Source: Paenibacillaceae bacterium (lineage in GTDB: Bacteria > Bacillota > Bacilli > Paenibacillales > Paenibacillaceae). Taken from it: a DNA stretch of 64,000 nt. Below the pieces are notes generated by a model that worked only from the letters and a program-made list of their open reading frames with translations, made no database searches and was not told where the DNA came from. The position numbers and the translations under genes were made by a program. Every line of letters starts with the position of its first letter. Position 1 is the first letter of the stretch. Shown in pieces: positions 37,501-47,268 of this stretch. The stretch covers positions 27,455 through 91,454 of the forward strand of contig CAAFUF010000001.1 of the NCBI GenBank assembly GCA_900766135.1. The letters run 5' to 3'.

Positions 37501-38436
37501 ATGAGTACGATGGCACCAAATTTGAAGCCGGCCGCTAAGCCGGAGGCCCAAAAACGCAAATCGGTCGACCGTCTGCTGCTGCAGATGATTGGAACCATTG
37601 CTTTGACATTGCTGGCGGTCTTTTGTCTCTTTCCTTTCATCTTGGTGATTTCCTCCTCCTTTACGGAGGAGAGCAAAATCATCGAGGACGGGTTCCAGCT
37701 CATCCCGACCGCTTTCTCGCTGGAAGCCTACAGCATCCTGTTCAAATATCCGCAGGAAATGCTGAAGGCGTATGGCGTGACGATTTCCGTCACCCTGCTG
37801 GGTACGCTGTTCGGGTTGTTCCTGACCTCGATGACGGCTTACGTGCTGGCGCGCAAGGACTTCAAATGGCGCAGCCACTTCTCGTTCTTTTTCTTCTTCA
37901 CCACGCTGTTCAGCGGCGGGCTTGTGCCTTGGTACCTGCTGATCGTGAACTATCTCGATCTGAAGGATACGCTGATCGTGCTGATTCTGCCGATGCTGAT
38001 GAACGTCTTCTACATCATCGTAATGAAATCGTTTATGAGCAGCATTCCGGAGGCGATCATCGAGTCGGCCAAAATCGACGGAGCGGGCGATTTCCAGATT
38101 TTCCTGCGGTTTGTGATCCCGCTGTCGAAGCCGGCTCTGGCCACTATCGGCCTGTTTATCGCCCTGGGCTACTGGAACGACTGGTATAACGCGCTCTTGT
38201 TCATCTCCAATTCCGACCTGATGCCGCTGCAGTATTACCTGTACCGCCTGCTCGGCAACATGGATGGCATGCGGAAGGCGATGATGGCGGCGGGAGCCGT
38301 CGCCTCCTCGGATATCCCGACGGAGAGCCTGAAGATGGCCATGACGATCGTGGCCACCGGCCCGATCATGATCGCGTATCCGTTCATCCAACGTTACTTT
38401 GTGCAAGGCTTAACGATTGGCGCTGTGAAAGGATGA
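37501..38436 (+). CDS. Carbohydrate ABC transporter permease
   Basis: FSGGLVPWY, IIESAKIDGAG, YPFIQRYFVQGLTIGAVKG. Confidence 0.93.
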   Translation: MSTMAPNLKPAAKPEAQKRKSVDRLLLQMIGTIALTLLAVFCLFPFILVISSSFTEESKIIEDGFQLIPTAFSLEAYSILFKYPQEMLKAYGVTISVTLLGTLFGLFLTSMTAYVLARKDFKWRSHFSFFFFFTTLFSGGLVPWYLLIVNYLDLKDTLIVLILPMLMNVFYIIVMKSFMSSIPEAIIESAKIDGAGDFQIFLRFVIPLSKPALATIGLFIALGYWNDWYNALLFISNSDLMPLQYYLYRLLGNMDGMRKAMMAAGAVASSDIPTESLKMAMTIVATGPIMIAYPFIQRYFVQGLTIGAVKG

Positions 38437-38511
38437 CCTCGGGGCAACCCGGTTATCAGATAGAGGCAACTCAAACTTTTTCCTATCATAATTTTAGGGG
38501 GAACATCGGTC

Positions 38512-40104
38512 ATGAAACTGAAAAAGAAAGCAACGTTTCTTGTGGCTATGGTACTGGCGTTGACGACCTTGCTGTCCGCTTGCGGCGGCGGCGGGAACAA
38601 CAAGGCGGGTCACGGCAACACCCCGGACGCGGCGGCTCCGAACAACGCGGCTACCAATTCCGCGACAAGCGAAGTCGCAGTGGATACGTCCGAGGAAGTA
38701 ACACTCAAGATGTTGATGCTCGGCAGCAAGCCGACGGATTATGACGAGGTATACGGCGAGCTTAACAAGCTGCTGAAAGAGAAAATCAATGCGACCGTCG
38801 AAACTGAGTTTCTCGATTGGGCCGACTGGACCCAGAAATATCCGTTGAAATTCGCAGCCAATGAGGATTTTGACATCGCTTACACGGCGAACTGGGCTTT
38901 CTATAACGATCAAGTGCTGAAAGGCGGCTTCCTGGAACTGACCGACGAAATGCTGCAGAAATACGCTCCGATGACTTGGGAAGCCATGCCGCAAGCCTCC
39001 TGGGATCAATCCAAGGTGAACGGCAAGCAGTACATGGTGCCGAACAACAACCAGGAAGTGACCGACAAGGTCGTCTTGGTTCGCGAAGACCTGCGCAAGA
39101 AGTACAATCTCGAACCGGTCAATAGCCCGGAAACCTACGCCGCTTATTTGAAAGCGATCGGCGCGAACGAAAAGGGCATCAACCCGTTTGGAGCCAAACC
39201 GGCCGACGGCTGGAAATGGCATGAGCTGGATCAAATTTTGCTGGAGCAGCAAAATGAATGGAACCTGGTCGACTACAACTTCCCGCTTGCCTATAAACTG
39301 GACGATACGGCGGGGAAAGTGTTTAACGTCTATGATACACCGGAGTTTACCGAATTGCTGAAGTACTACAAAGACTTGGCCGACAACAACGGCTGGTCCA
39401 AAAACATCGTGAGCAACAAAAACGACGTTTTCCAAGACATCAAAGCCGGGAAAACTTCGTCTTACTCGCATAACCTGGGTACGGTTTCCAGTAACATCGG
39501 CGAAATCCGCCGCGACAAGCCGGAAATGGAAGTAACCGTAGCAGACTTGACGCCGGACAAGAAAAAAATCGGGGCGATCTCCACGCAAAACGGGATGGCG
39601 ATCCATTCGACTTCCAAAAACGCGGAACGTTCGCTGATGCTGATCGACTTGCTGCAAAACGATAAGGAAATCCATGACCTGACGATGTACGGCATCACCG
39701 GTAAGCACTACGAGCCGATTGGCGACGACAAGTACAGCCCGGGACCTAGCTTCAACAACTACAACCTGTCGGTATATTCCGTTTGGGGTTGGAACTCGCT
39801 GCTGAACCGCACCGATTCTTCCTATCCGGAAGAAGGGAATCAAATGTTGGCGGACTGGCAGTCCAAAGTGTACCACTTCCCGATGGAAACCTTCGTCTTC
39901 GACGATACCAAAGTGAAAAACGAAGTCGCGAACGTGGGTAATGTGATGCTGCGTTACGCGATCCCGTTGGAATACGGTCTGATCAAGGACCTGGCGAAAG
40001 GCCAAGCCGATCTGAACAAACAGCTGAAAGCGGCCGGTCTGGACAAAATTCAACAAGAGCTGCAAAGCCAAATCGACGTTTTCCTTGCCGCTCAAACCAA
40101 ATAA
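38512..40104 (+). CDS. Carbohydrate ABC transporter substrate-binding lipoprotein (DUF3502-type C terminus)
   Basis: LSAC lipobox; C-terminal LKAAGLDKIQQELQSQID. Confidence 0.92.
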   Translation: MKLKKKATFLVAMVLALTTLLSACGGGGNNKAGHGNTPDAAAPNNAATNSATSEVAVDTSEEVTLKMLMLGSKPTDYDEVYGELNKLLKEKINATVETEFLDWADWTQKYPLKFAANEDFDIAYTANWAFYNDQVLKGGFLELTDEMLQKYAPMTWEAMPQASWDQSKVNGKQYMVPNNNQEVTDKVVLVREDLRKKYNLEPVNSPETYAAYLKAIGANEKGINPFGAKPADGWKWHELDQILLEQQNEWNLVDYNFPLAYKLDDTAGKVFNVYDTPEFTELLKYYKDLADNNGWSKNIVSNKNDVFQDIKAGKTSSYSHNLGTVSSNIGEIRRDKPEMEVTVADLTPDKKKIGAISTQNGMAIHSTSKNAERSLMLIDLLQNDKEIHDLTMYGITGKHYEPIGDDKYSPGPSFNNYNLSVYSVWGWNSLLNRTDSSYPEEGNQMLADWQSKVYHFPMETFVFDDTKVKNEVANVGNVMLRYAIPLEYGLIKDLAKGQADLNKQLKAAGLDKIQQELQSQIDVFLAAQTK

Positions 40105-40117
40105 GCAGGCCTGGGTG

Positions 40118-40147
40118 GAAGGAGGGGACGCCCGTCCCCTCCTTTTC
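40118..40147 (+). terminator. Stem-loop / terminator after the SBP gene
   Basis: gaaggaggggacg-cc-cgtcccctcctttt. Confidence 0.75.
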
Positions 40148-40192
40148 GTTCACGGTTACGTTGAAGGGGATCCCGAACGTTTCGGAGAGACG

Positions 40193-40377
40193 AACTGTAA
40201 AAGTACATTAGATTTCCGGTGAAATCCCCTTTTTAAGCAAGCGAAATGCAATCATACATCCGATTGGAGACGTTTGAGGTGAAAAGGGGCCGGTATCCTG
40301 AAAATAAGATGCACTTTTGCATTTGGAAGGCTGTTATTGGGGCGTTTTGGTGGAAATCGACTGCATTTTTGCATTTC
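40193..40377. repeat. Nested inverted-repeat element made of four degenerate ~22-25 bp units
   Basis: aactgtaaaagtacattagatttc and aaatgcaatcatacatccgatt (forward); revcomp aaatgcaaaagtgcatcttatt and aaatgcaaaaatgcagtcgatttc; units about 51-53 bp apart. Confidence 0.6.
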
Positions 40378-40459
40378 ACGGAATAGGAGACGTGGTTTGA
40401 GGAACATGGAACTACACCTAACCTCGATACAGACTAGAAGGAACGGAGAGGATTTATTC

Positions 40460-42538
40460 ATGAGTAGAAGCACAAAACCGATGAAATTTCCGCCGATCAG
40501 CGGCAAATTGCCGGTCTTCATGCACGGTGCCGACTATAACCCCGACCAATGGCTGCACGATCCGCAGGTGCTGGCCGAAGATATCCGGCTGATGAAGCTG
40601 GCCCATTGCAACGTGATGGCGATCGGCATTTTCTCCTGGGCTTCGCTGGAGCCGGAGGAGGGCGTTTACCGGTTCGACTGGCTGGACCGCGTGCTCGATA
40701 CCTTCGCCGAGAACGGCATTTACGCCTGGTTAGCCACGCCTAGCGGTGCTCGTCCGGCCTGGATGTCGGAGAAATATCCGGAGGTGCTGCGCGTCGAGAA
40801 GAACCGCGTTCGCAACCTCCACGGCATGCGTCATAACCACTGCTTTACGTCCCCTGTTTACCGGGAAAAAGTGACGCAGATGAATACCCAACTGGCGGAA
40901 CGCTACGCCAGTCACCCGGCGGTGGTCGGCTGGCACGTGTCCAACGAATACGGCGGGGAATGCCACTGCGACTATTGCCAGGATGCTTTCCGCACCTGGC
41001 TTAAGAAGAAATACGGTTCGCTGGACGCCTTGAACCGCGCCTGGTGGACGAAGTTCTGGAGCCATACGTATACGTCCTGGTCGCAAGTGGAGTCCCCGGC
41101 CCCGCACGGCGAAATGATGGTGCACGGGCAAAACCTTGACTGGCGCCGGTTCGTATCCGACCAAACGATCGACTTTTACCAGCATGAAATAAAACCGCTG
41201 AAGCGGATCAGCCCCGACCTGCCTTGCACGGTGAATATGATGGACCTGTTCTACGGGCTGGATTACCGCGAGTTTGCGAAAGTCGTGGACGTCATTTCCT
41301 GGGACGCCTACCCGATGTGGCATGAGGCCGATTCTGACGCCGGCGTGGGTTCCTGGTTTGCATTTAACCATGACTTGTTCCGATCCTTGAAGCACAAGCC
41401 GTTTATGCTGATGGAGAGCACGCCGTCCCTGACCAACTGGCAGCCGGTCAGCAAGCTGAAGCGCCCGGGGATGCACAAGCTCTCCTCGCTGCAAGCGGTG
41501 GCCCACGGTTCCGACACGGTGCAATATTTCCAATGGCGGAAAAGCCGCGGCTCCAGCGAGAAATTCCACGGCGCGGTCATCGACCATGTCGGGCATGAGC
41601 ATACGCGCGTGTTTGAGGACGTCGCATCGCTGGGCCAAACGCTTGCCGGACTAACGGAGGTGCTGGGTACCACCGTTCCGGCGGAAGCGGCCATCCTGTT
41701 CGATTGGGATAACCGCTGGGCGGTCAACGATGCACAGGGGCCGCGCAACAAAGGCATCCATTATGAGGAGACCGTCATGCAGCAGTATCGCGCCTTGTGG
41801 GAGTTGGGCGTGCCAAACGACATCATCGGCTCGTTTGACGATTTCAGCAGCTACAAGCTGCTCGTTGTACCTATGGCTTACTTGTTGCGGGAAGAAACCG
41901 GAGCCAAGATGGAGCAGTTCGTGAAGGACGGCGGCACCCTGTTCGTGACGTATTGGTCGGGCATCGTCGATGAGAACGACCTGTGCCATCTGACCGGCTT
42001 CCCGGGACCGCTGCGCAAGACAATGGGCGTGTGGGCGGAGGAAATCGACGGCCTGCATGATCACGACCGTAACGCGCTGGTGCTGGTAGACGGGAATCCG
42101 TTGGGCCTGAACGGGACGTTCGAAATTCATGAGCTGTGCGAGCATATCCATGCGGAAGGCTCTAAGGTGTTGGGCGTCTACCGTGACGATTTCTACGCCG
42201 GGATGCCGGCCTTGACGGTAAACGAGCTAGGCCAAGGCAAAGCGTATTATTTGGCCGCCCGCGTCAGCGATCCGGCCTTCTACGAAGCGCTTTACGGCAG
42301 GCTTGTCCAGGATGCCGGCGTTCGCCGGGCGCTGGATGTCGACCTGCCGGCGGGCGTGACCGCACAGCTGCGGACGGACGGTACGCACGAGTACGTCTTC
42401 GTGCAGAACTTCTCCGGCCGCGCCGCCCGCGTCGAGCTGGATGGACGAAGCTATACCGATGCCGAAACCGGCGTGACGGCAGGCGGTGCGATCGAGCTGC
42501 CGGTCAATGGAATCGCGATTTTGAAGCGTGAGGTTTAA
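40460..42538 (+). CDS. Beta-galactosidase, GH42 family
   Basis: HGADYNPDQW, GIFSWASLEP, LATPSGARPAW, WHVSNEYGG (acid/base), CHCDYC, PFMLMESTPS (nucleophile), YFQWRKSRGSSEKFHGA; ATG 40460 after GGAGAGG. Confidence 0.96.
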   Translation: MSRSTKPMKFPPISGKLPVFMHGADYNPDQWLHDPQVLAEDIRLMKLAHCNVMAIGIFSWASLEPEEGVYRFDWLDRVLDTFAENGIYAWLATPSGARPAWMSEKYPEVLRVEKNRVRNLHGMRHNHCFTSPVYREKVTQMNTQLAERYASHPAVVGWHVSNEYGGECHCDYCQDAFRTWLKKKYGSLDALNRAWWTKFWSHTYTSWSQVESPAPHGEMMVHGQNLDWRRFVSDQTIDFYQHEIKPLKRISPDLPCTVNMMDLFYGLDYREFAKVVDVISWDAYPMWHEADSDAGVGSWFAFNHDLFRSLKHKPFMLMESTPSLTNWQPVSKLKRPGMHKLSSLQAVAHGSDTVQYFQWRKSRGSSEKFHGAVIDHVGHEHTRVFEDVASLGQTLAGLTEVLGTTVPAEAAILFDWDNRWAVNDAQGPRNKGIHYEETVMQQYRALWELGVPNDIIGSFDDFSSYKLLVVPMAYLLREETGAKMEQFVKDGGTLFVTYWSGIVDENDLCHLTGFPGPLRKTMGVWAEEIDGLHDHDRNALVLVDGNPLGLNGTFEIHELCEHIHAEGSKVLGVYRDDFYAGMPALTVNELGQGKAYYLAARVSDPAFYEALYGRLVQDAGVRRALDVDLPAGVTAQLRTDGTHEYVFVQNFSGRAARVELDGRSYTDAETGVTAGGAIELPVNGIAILKREV

Positions 42539-42558
42539 GGTGGTTTAGTAGGTGAAAG

Positions 42559-42604
42559 AAATAAAACCCTGATTTCTGCATGTGAAGAAATCAGGGTTTT
42601 ATTT
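42559..42604. terminator. Bidirectional intrinsic terminator
   Basis: aaataaaaccctgatttct ... agaaatcagggttttattt. Confidence 0.85.
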
Positions 42605-43691
42605 ATTGTTGCTCTTGCATAAGGACCGCTGATATCTTCTTCCTGTCCTTCAAATAGAGCTTTACGGGTTCAAGATGGTGTTGTGGAGAATCCTGGCCGT
42701 TCAGTTGGTTTTTCAACAATTCTACGGTTTTGCGGCTGATCTCCTCGGTGTTCTGGGCAACATAGGACACACCGGGAAATTCCGGGTTGTCGAAGGTCAC
42801 AAGCTCGATTTGATCCAGTAAATGCCGATCGCTTAAGTACTCGTAAACATTATTGGCCAGCTGGACATTTACGGTGAAAATGGCGGTTATGTGCTCCTTG
42901 TCTCTTAAAAAATCAGCAATTTTCCGTTTAGCCTGGTTTTGTTGTAGGACATGCAAATCAAGCGTGCACCACAAGGTTTTGTCGATCGGGAAGTGGTGCT
43001 TAAGAAAAGCCTTTTCATAGCCTGCGGCCCGATCTTCCGTGACCGAGTTCGTAATTTCCGGCGAAATGTAGGCAATATGCCGGTGTCCTATGGACAATAA
43101 ATAGTCGATCGCGTCAAAAGTCCCCTGCACGTTATCTGAAGTAACACTGGCCATGCGGATATTTTTGAAAAATCTATCCACCAGGACAACTGGAAATTTA
43201 TCGAATGCCAGTTGAATGATGGTCTCGTTATAGTTCTCCGCTTCGGTTGGAAAAATGATCAGTCCCTTTACGCCAAAATCCAGCAATTGGCGGATGGCCT
43301 CGGTTTCCCGCTCGACAGACTCCCGCGTAATCCGCAGCAAAATTTGAAATCCTTCCTCGTAGGCATATTTTTCAATATAGTTCAGCAGTTGTTGATCAAT
43401 TCGAGTTTTCATGCTCGGGAAGATCACACCGATAATCATCGGATGAGCCGGGGGAAGGCGAACATGGTCCCATTGAAGGGAAACGAAGGTCCCCTTACCC
43501 TGAATCCGTTCAACCCACCCCTCCTCAGCAAGGCCAATCAGCGCGTTTTTAGTCGTAATCTGACTGACACGATAAAGTTTGGAAAGTTCTTTCTCCGATC
43601 CGACTCGATCCCCGGGGCGCAATACGCCCAGCCGAATTTGTTCCTTGATCTTCTCCTGGATTTGTTTATACAATGGTTGCTCTTTGGTCAA
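42603..43691 (-). CDS. GntR-HTH / LacI-effector hybrid regulator (AraR-like)
   Basis: PLYKQI..SEKEL...VSQIT...L..L.EEG.VERIQGKGTFV GntR HTH followed by a periplasmic-binding-like domain (PVVLVDR, LLSIGHRHIAYI). Confidence 0.9.
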   Translation of the reverse strand: MTKEQPLYKQIQEKIKEQIRLGVLRPGDRVGSEKELSKLYRVSQITTKNALIGLAEEGWVERIQGKGTFVSLQWDHVRLPPAHPMIIGVIFPSMKTRIDQQLLNYIEKYAYEEGFQILLRITRESVERETEAIRQLLDFGVKGLIIFPTEAENYNETIIQLAFDKFPVVLVDRFFKNIRMASVTSDNVQGTFDAIDYLLSIGHRHIAYISPEITNSVTEDRAAGYEKAFLKHHFPIDKTLWCTLDLHVLQQNQAKRKIADFLRDKEHITAIFTVNVQLANNVYEYLSDRHLLDQIELVTFDNPEFPGVSYVAQNTEEISRKTVELLKNQLNGQDSPQHHLEPVKLYLKDRKKISAVLMQEQQ

Positions 43692-43714
43692 TTCTCGCTC
43701 ACATCCAACTAAAA

Positions 43715-43726
43715 TTAGTATACTAA
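43715..43726. promoter_or_regulatory. Putative operator TTAGTATACTAA of the GntR-hybrid regulator
   Basis: Perfect 12-bp palindrome in the divergent promoter region; partial copies at about 43841-43864 and 43874-43885. Confidence 0.55.
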
Positions 43727-44036
43727 GTTAATTATATAATTAATGCAAAGAAGTGTCCACAAAAACTGGAAGTCACATATTTATATTAACTTTCTGAATA
43801 GAAATGATGATAAATAAGGAATTTTTTTGATTATAAAAACCTTATACTATATTTAGTATATGATAATTTATTTATATATACTAATATGTATTCTACAGAG
43901 GATTTGAATGATCATACCTCGAACCTTGCATGTTTTTAACTAGGAGGTGGCACAGTACGTTAAGCAGTACAAACCTAACCTGTGGGTAAGAAATTCAACT
44001 ATTGAAAGCGCAACAGAAAGGGGTGAGGGGATTTAT

Positions 44037-44939
44037 ATGAAAGCGGATACAGGGCGCGCGAAAAAACTTTCAGAGAGAATGCTGCCCTATATTTTCATTA
44101 GCCCCGCCGTATTACTAATCACTTTATTGGCTATAGTGCCTTTGCTTTACTCCGTATACATCAGCATGCTGAACTATAACCTTTCATTACCAAACAGCAT
44201 GATCAAGTTTGGGGGATTGGAAAACTACCGATATATGTTCAGCAATGGCCCGTTTATGAAGTCGATCGGGTGGACGCTGGTTTTTACATTCTTCACGGTG
44301 GCTATAAACGTAACGTTAGGCATGGTGCTGGCACTCATTTTGAATAATGAGAAAGTTAGCAGGCAGACAAGGATTTTCAAAAGCCTATTTATTCTACCGA
44401 TGATGTTGGCTCCCGTCGTATCGACAACGATGTGGAAGATCTTGTTTGGTGCCATTTACGGCCCAATCAATTATATAATCCAGTCACTCGGGTTGGAAGC
44501 GGTCGCCTGGACAGGAGAAACGCTACCGGCAAAGATCGCCATTATTATCATCGATGTTTGGGGTTCTACACCATTTTGTATGCTCATCTTGATCGCAGCT
44601 TTGCAAACGGTGCCAAAGGATATTTATGAAAGTGCATATATCGACGGGGCTACCCGCTTCAAAACGTTCTTTAAGATTACACTGCCTCTGATTCGGAATT
44701 TTATAGCGCTGGTCGTTTCGTTGCGCGTGATGGACGCTTTGAAGATATTTGATTCGATTATGATCTTGACGGACGGTGGGCCAGGGGACTCCACAGAAAC
44801 GATGGGAACGATGATTTACAAGACAGCGTTTCGTTATATGAACGTTGGGGCAGGCTCTGCCGGAGCGTTGATATTCTTTGCGATCATCGTCGTCGTCACG
44901 CTGTTATTTCTGAAAGTGCTTCGTAACGAACGACAATAG
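44037..44939 (+). CDS. Sugar ABC transporter permease
   Basis: ILPMMLAPVV, IYESAYIDGA..ITLP, LTDGGPG; ATG 44037 after GAGGGG. Confidence 0.92.
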   Translation: MKADTGRAKKLSERMLPYIFISPAVLLITLLAIVPLLYSVYISMLNYNLSLPNSMIKFGGLENYRYMFSNGPFMKSIGWTLVFTFFTVAINVTLGMVLALILNNEKVSRQTRIFKSLFILPMMLAPVVSTTMWKILFGAIYGPINYIIQSLGLEAVAWTGETLPAKIAIIIIDVWGSTPFCMLILIAALQTVPKDIYESAYIDGATRFKTFFKITLPLIRNFIALVVSLRVMDALKIFDSIMILTDGGPGDSTETMGTMIYKTAFRYMNVGAGSAGALIFFAIIVVVTLLFLKVLRNERQ

Positions 44940-44955
44940 AAAGGGGGGGAGAACT

Positions 44956-45789
44956 ATGAAAAAGCATTATGCCGAAAAAAGCGCGCTCTACCTGTTGTTA
45001 CTGCTATTCGTCGTCCTGTTTTTGTTTCCCATCTATTGGGCTGTGACGACGTCGTTCAAGTCGGTAGGCCAAATCATGAAAGTACCTCCTGAATTTTTTC
45101 CCTCCCAGTGGGTTTTGGGAAACTATGTCGAGGTCTTTACGGAGCATCAGATCGGAACTTATTTTCTGAACAGCTTAATCGTCGCCGTAACGACAACGGT
45201 ATGCACTTGTTTCGTTGCCACATTTGCCGGCTACGGATTTTCGCGGTTCAGGTTCAAAGGCAAAGCCTTTTGGCAATATGCCATTATCGTCATGCGGATG
45301 GTTCCCGGACTCGTGTTTATCATCCCTTACTATATTATCTTTCAAAAACTGGGGATTCTCGACACGCTGTTTGGGCTCATTATCGTTTACATTACCGCCT
45401 CGCTGCCATTGGCCATCTGGCTGTTTATGGGCTTCTTTGATGAGTTGCCGACCGAGATGTTTGAAGCGTCCCGCATTGACGGCTGCAGCGAATTCGGCAC
45501 CTATTGGAGGATCGCCTTGCCTTTGATCGTGCCAGGGATCGTCGTAGCTTCCATTTTGGTATTCCTGGCGGCCTATAATGAGTTCAGCTTGTCGCTGGTT
45601 CTCGTATTCACGGATCAAAACAAGACGCTTCCGCTTGGGATCAGCGGCATGATTCAACTGCAGAAGGACACGCCGTTTGGCACCTTGGCTGCTGCGGGCA
45701 CCATCGCTTTCATACCGGCACTCATTCTTGCGTTAACGACGCAAAAATACGTCCAAGCCGGGATTACCGCCGGAGCGGTCAAAGGTTAA
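44956..45789 (+). CDS. Sugar ABC transporter permease
   Basis: FFDELPTEMFEASRIDGCS, GITAGAVKG. Confidence 0.92.
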   Translation: MKKHYAEKSALYLLLLLFVVLFLFPIYWAVTTSFKSVGQIMKVPPEFFPSQWVLGNYVEVFTEHQIGTYFLNSLIVAVTTTVCTCFVATFAGYGFSRFRFKGKAFWQYAIIVMRMVPGLVFIIPYYIIFQKLGILDTLFGLIIVYITASLPLAIWLFMGFFDELPTEMFEASRIDGCSEFGTYWRIALPLIVPGIVVASILVFLAAYNEFSLSLVLVFTDQNKTLPLGISGMIQLQKDTPFGTLAAAGTIAFIPALILALTTQKYVQAGITAGAVKG

Positions 45790-45820
45790 AAAAGAATATA
45801 CTTTCTAGGGGGAACTGAAG

Positions 45821-47251
45821 ATGAGAAGAAAGTGGAAACTAACGATGGCGTGCTTATTGGCATCCACACTGGTTCTTGGAGCATGCGGCGCGAAAAAGGA
45901 TGAGGCTGCGGCGCCGGAAGGCGAAGGGGATATCAAAGAAATCACGGTGCAGGCCCCTGACGTGCTTGGGATCAAGTTGGAGGATCTGAACGGTGGAGGA
46001 ACACTGGGAGGGCAATACGAAGGACAAAAGATTATCGTTGCCACAAGAGCGGGTGATTTTGCGGACGCTTTGAAAAATGCCGCCCAATATTTCGAACAAG
46101 CTTCGGGCGCGAAGGTGGAAATTCAAAGTTTTCCGGCAGGAACTGATGTGGAGAAAATCCAGCTCGACCTGAATACAGGAAATCACTTTGATGCCGTTTT
46201 GATGCCGGTGGCTAACGTGCACGGTTATGCGGAAGGTGGACTGATCCAGGATTTGCAGCCTTATGTTGATTCCATCGGAAGCCCCAATTTAGATTTGGAG
46301 GATTTTATCCCAAGCTTGTTGGAGAGCTATGGCAAATATAAAGGGAAGTTGGTTGCTTTCCCGTACAAGCCGGATTCGCAGCTTTTCTTCTATCGTAAAG
46401 ACCTGTTCGAAGACCCGGAGATCCAGAAGCAGTATAAGGAGAAAACAGGGAAAGAGCTGGTGGTGCCGACTACAGTTGAGGATTTCCTTGCGACGGCCGA
46501 GTTCTTCACGCAGAAATATAATCCCGATTCTCCGACCAAATACGGGTATAGTTCAATGGCATCCAAGACCAACAGCCGTTTGATCTGGCAAAATCGGTTG
46601 GCGGCATTCGGCGGGAAAGACGTTGATGAAAATTTCAAACCGGCATTCAATAACGAAGCGGGCCTAAAAGCCATGGAAACGATGCTTGAGTTGCGCAAAT
46701 ATGCTCCGTCGGAATGGCTTCAATTAGGATGGGATGAAGCTAACGCGTTGTTCGCCAGCGGCGAGGTGGCCATGATGGAACAATGGCCTGGGCTGTTCAG
46801 CACAATCGAAGGCGAACAATCGAAGGTCAAAGGGAAGGTTGGTTTTGGTGTTACGCCAGGAGGGTCGCCGACGATGGGCGGTTGGGCGATCGCGATGACG
46901 AATACGACCAAGTATCCCGAAGCGACCTATAAATTCTTGGAATACGTCACCTCGAAAGACGGGGAATTGTTGAAAATCGGATACACCATGGATCCGACCC
47001 GGACATCCAATTTTGAACGTCCGGAAGTGATGGCCTCCAATCCGATGTATCCGGCCCTTCTGGATTCCTTATCGGCTGCTAAAATTTTGGTCGATCCGGA
47101 TGTGCCGTTCGTTTCATCGAAGTTGAACGATATTATGGAGAATGCGATTCAGGCGGTCTTAAGGGATTTCCTGGCACCGCAAGAAGCACTGGATCAAATG
47201 GAGAAGGAATTTGAAAGAGAAATTGAATATGTTGGCTTGGGGCAATCATGA
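45821..47251 (+). CDS. Sugar ABC transporter substrate-binding lipoprotein
   Basis: LGAC lipobox; LFFYRKDLFEDP, GGWAIAM. Confidence 0.92.
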   Translation: MRRKWKLTMACLLASTLVLGACGAKKDEAAAPEGEGDIKEITVQAPDVLGIKLEDLNGGGTLGGQYEGQKIIVATRAGDFADALKNAAQYFEQASGAKVEIQSFPAGTDVEKIQLDLNTGNHFDAVLMPVANVHGYAEGGLIQDLQPYVDSIGSPNLDLEDFIPSLLESYGKYKGKLVAFPYKPDSQLFFYRKDLFEDPEIQKQYKEKTGKELVVPTTVEDFLATAEFFTQKYNPDSPTKYGYSSMASKTNSRLIWQNRLAAFGGKDVDENFKPAFNNEAGLKAMETMLELRKYAPSEWLQLGWDEANALFASGEVAMMEQWPGLFSTIEGEQSKVKGKVGFGVTPGGSPTMGGWAIAMTNTTKYPEATYKFLEYVTSKDGELLKIGYTMDPTRTSNFERPEVMASNPMYPALLDSLSAAKILVDPDVPFVSSKLNDIMENAIQAVLRDFLAPQEALDQMEKEFEREIEYVGLGQS

Positions 47252-47268
47252 GGGGAGTTGCAAACAAC

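Noticed and set aside
38494..40095. 533-aa minus-strand ORF
   Set aside because: Antisense mirror of the solute-binding protein gene; no motifs.
40193..40377. Possible degenerate CRISPR array
   Set aside because: Units are degenerate and switch orientation mid-element; kept as an inverted-repeat element instead.
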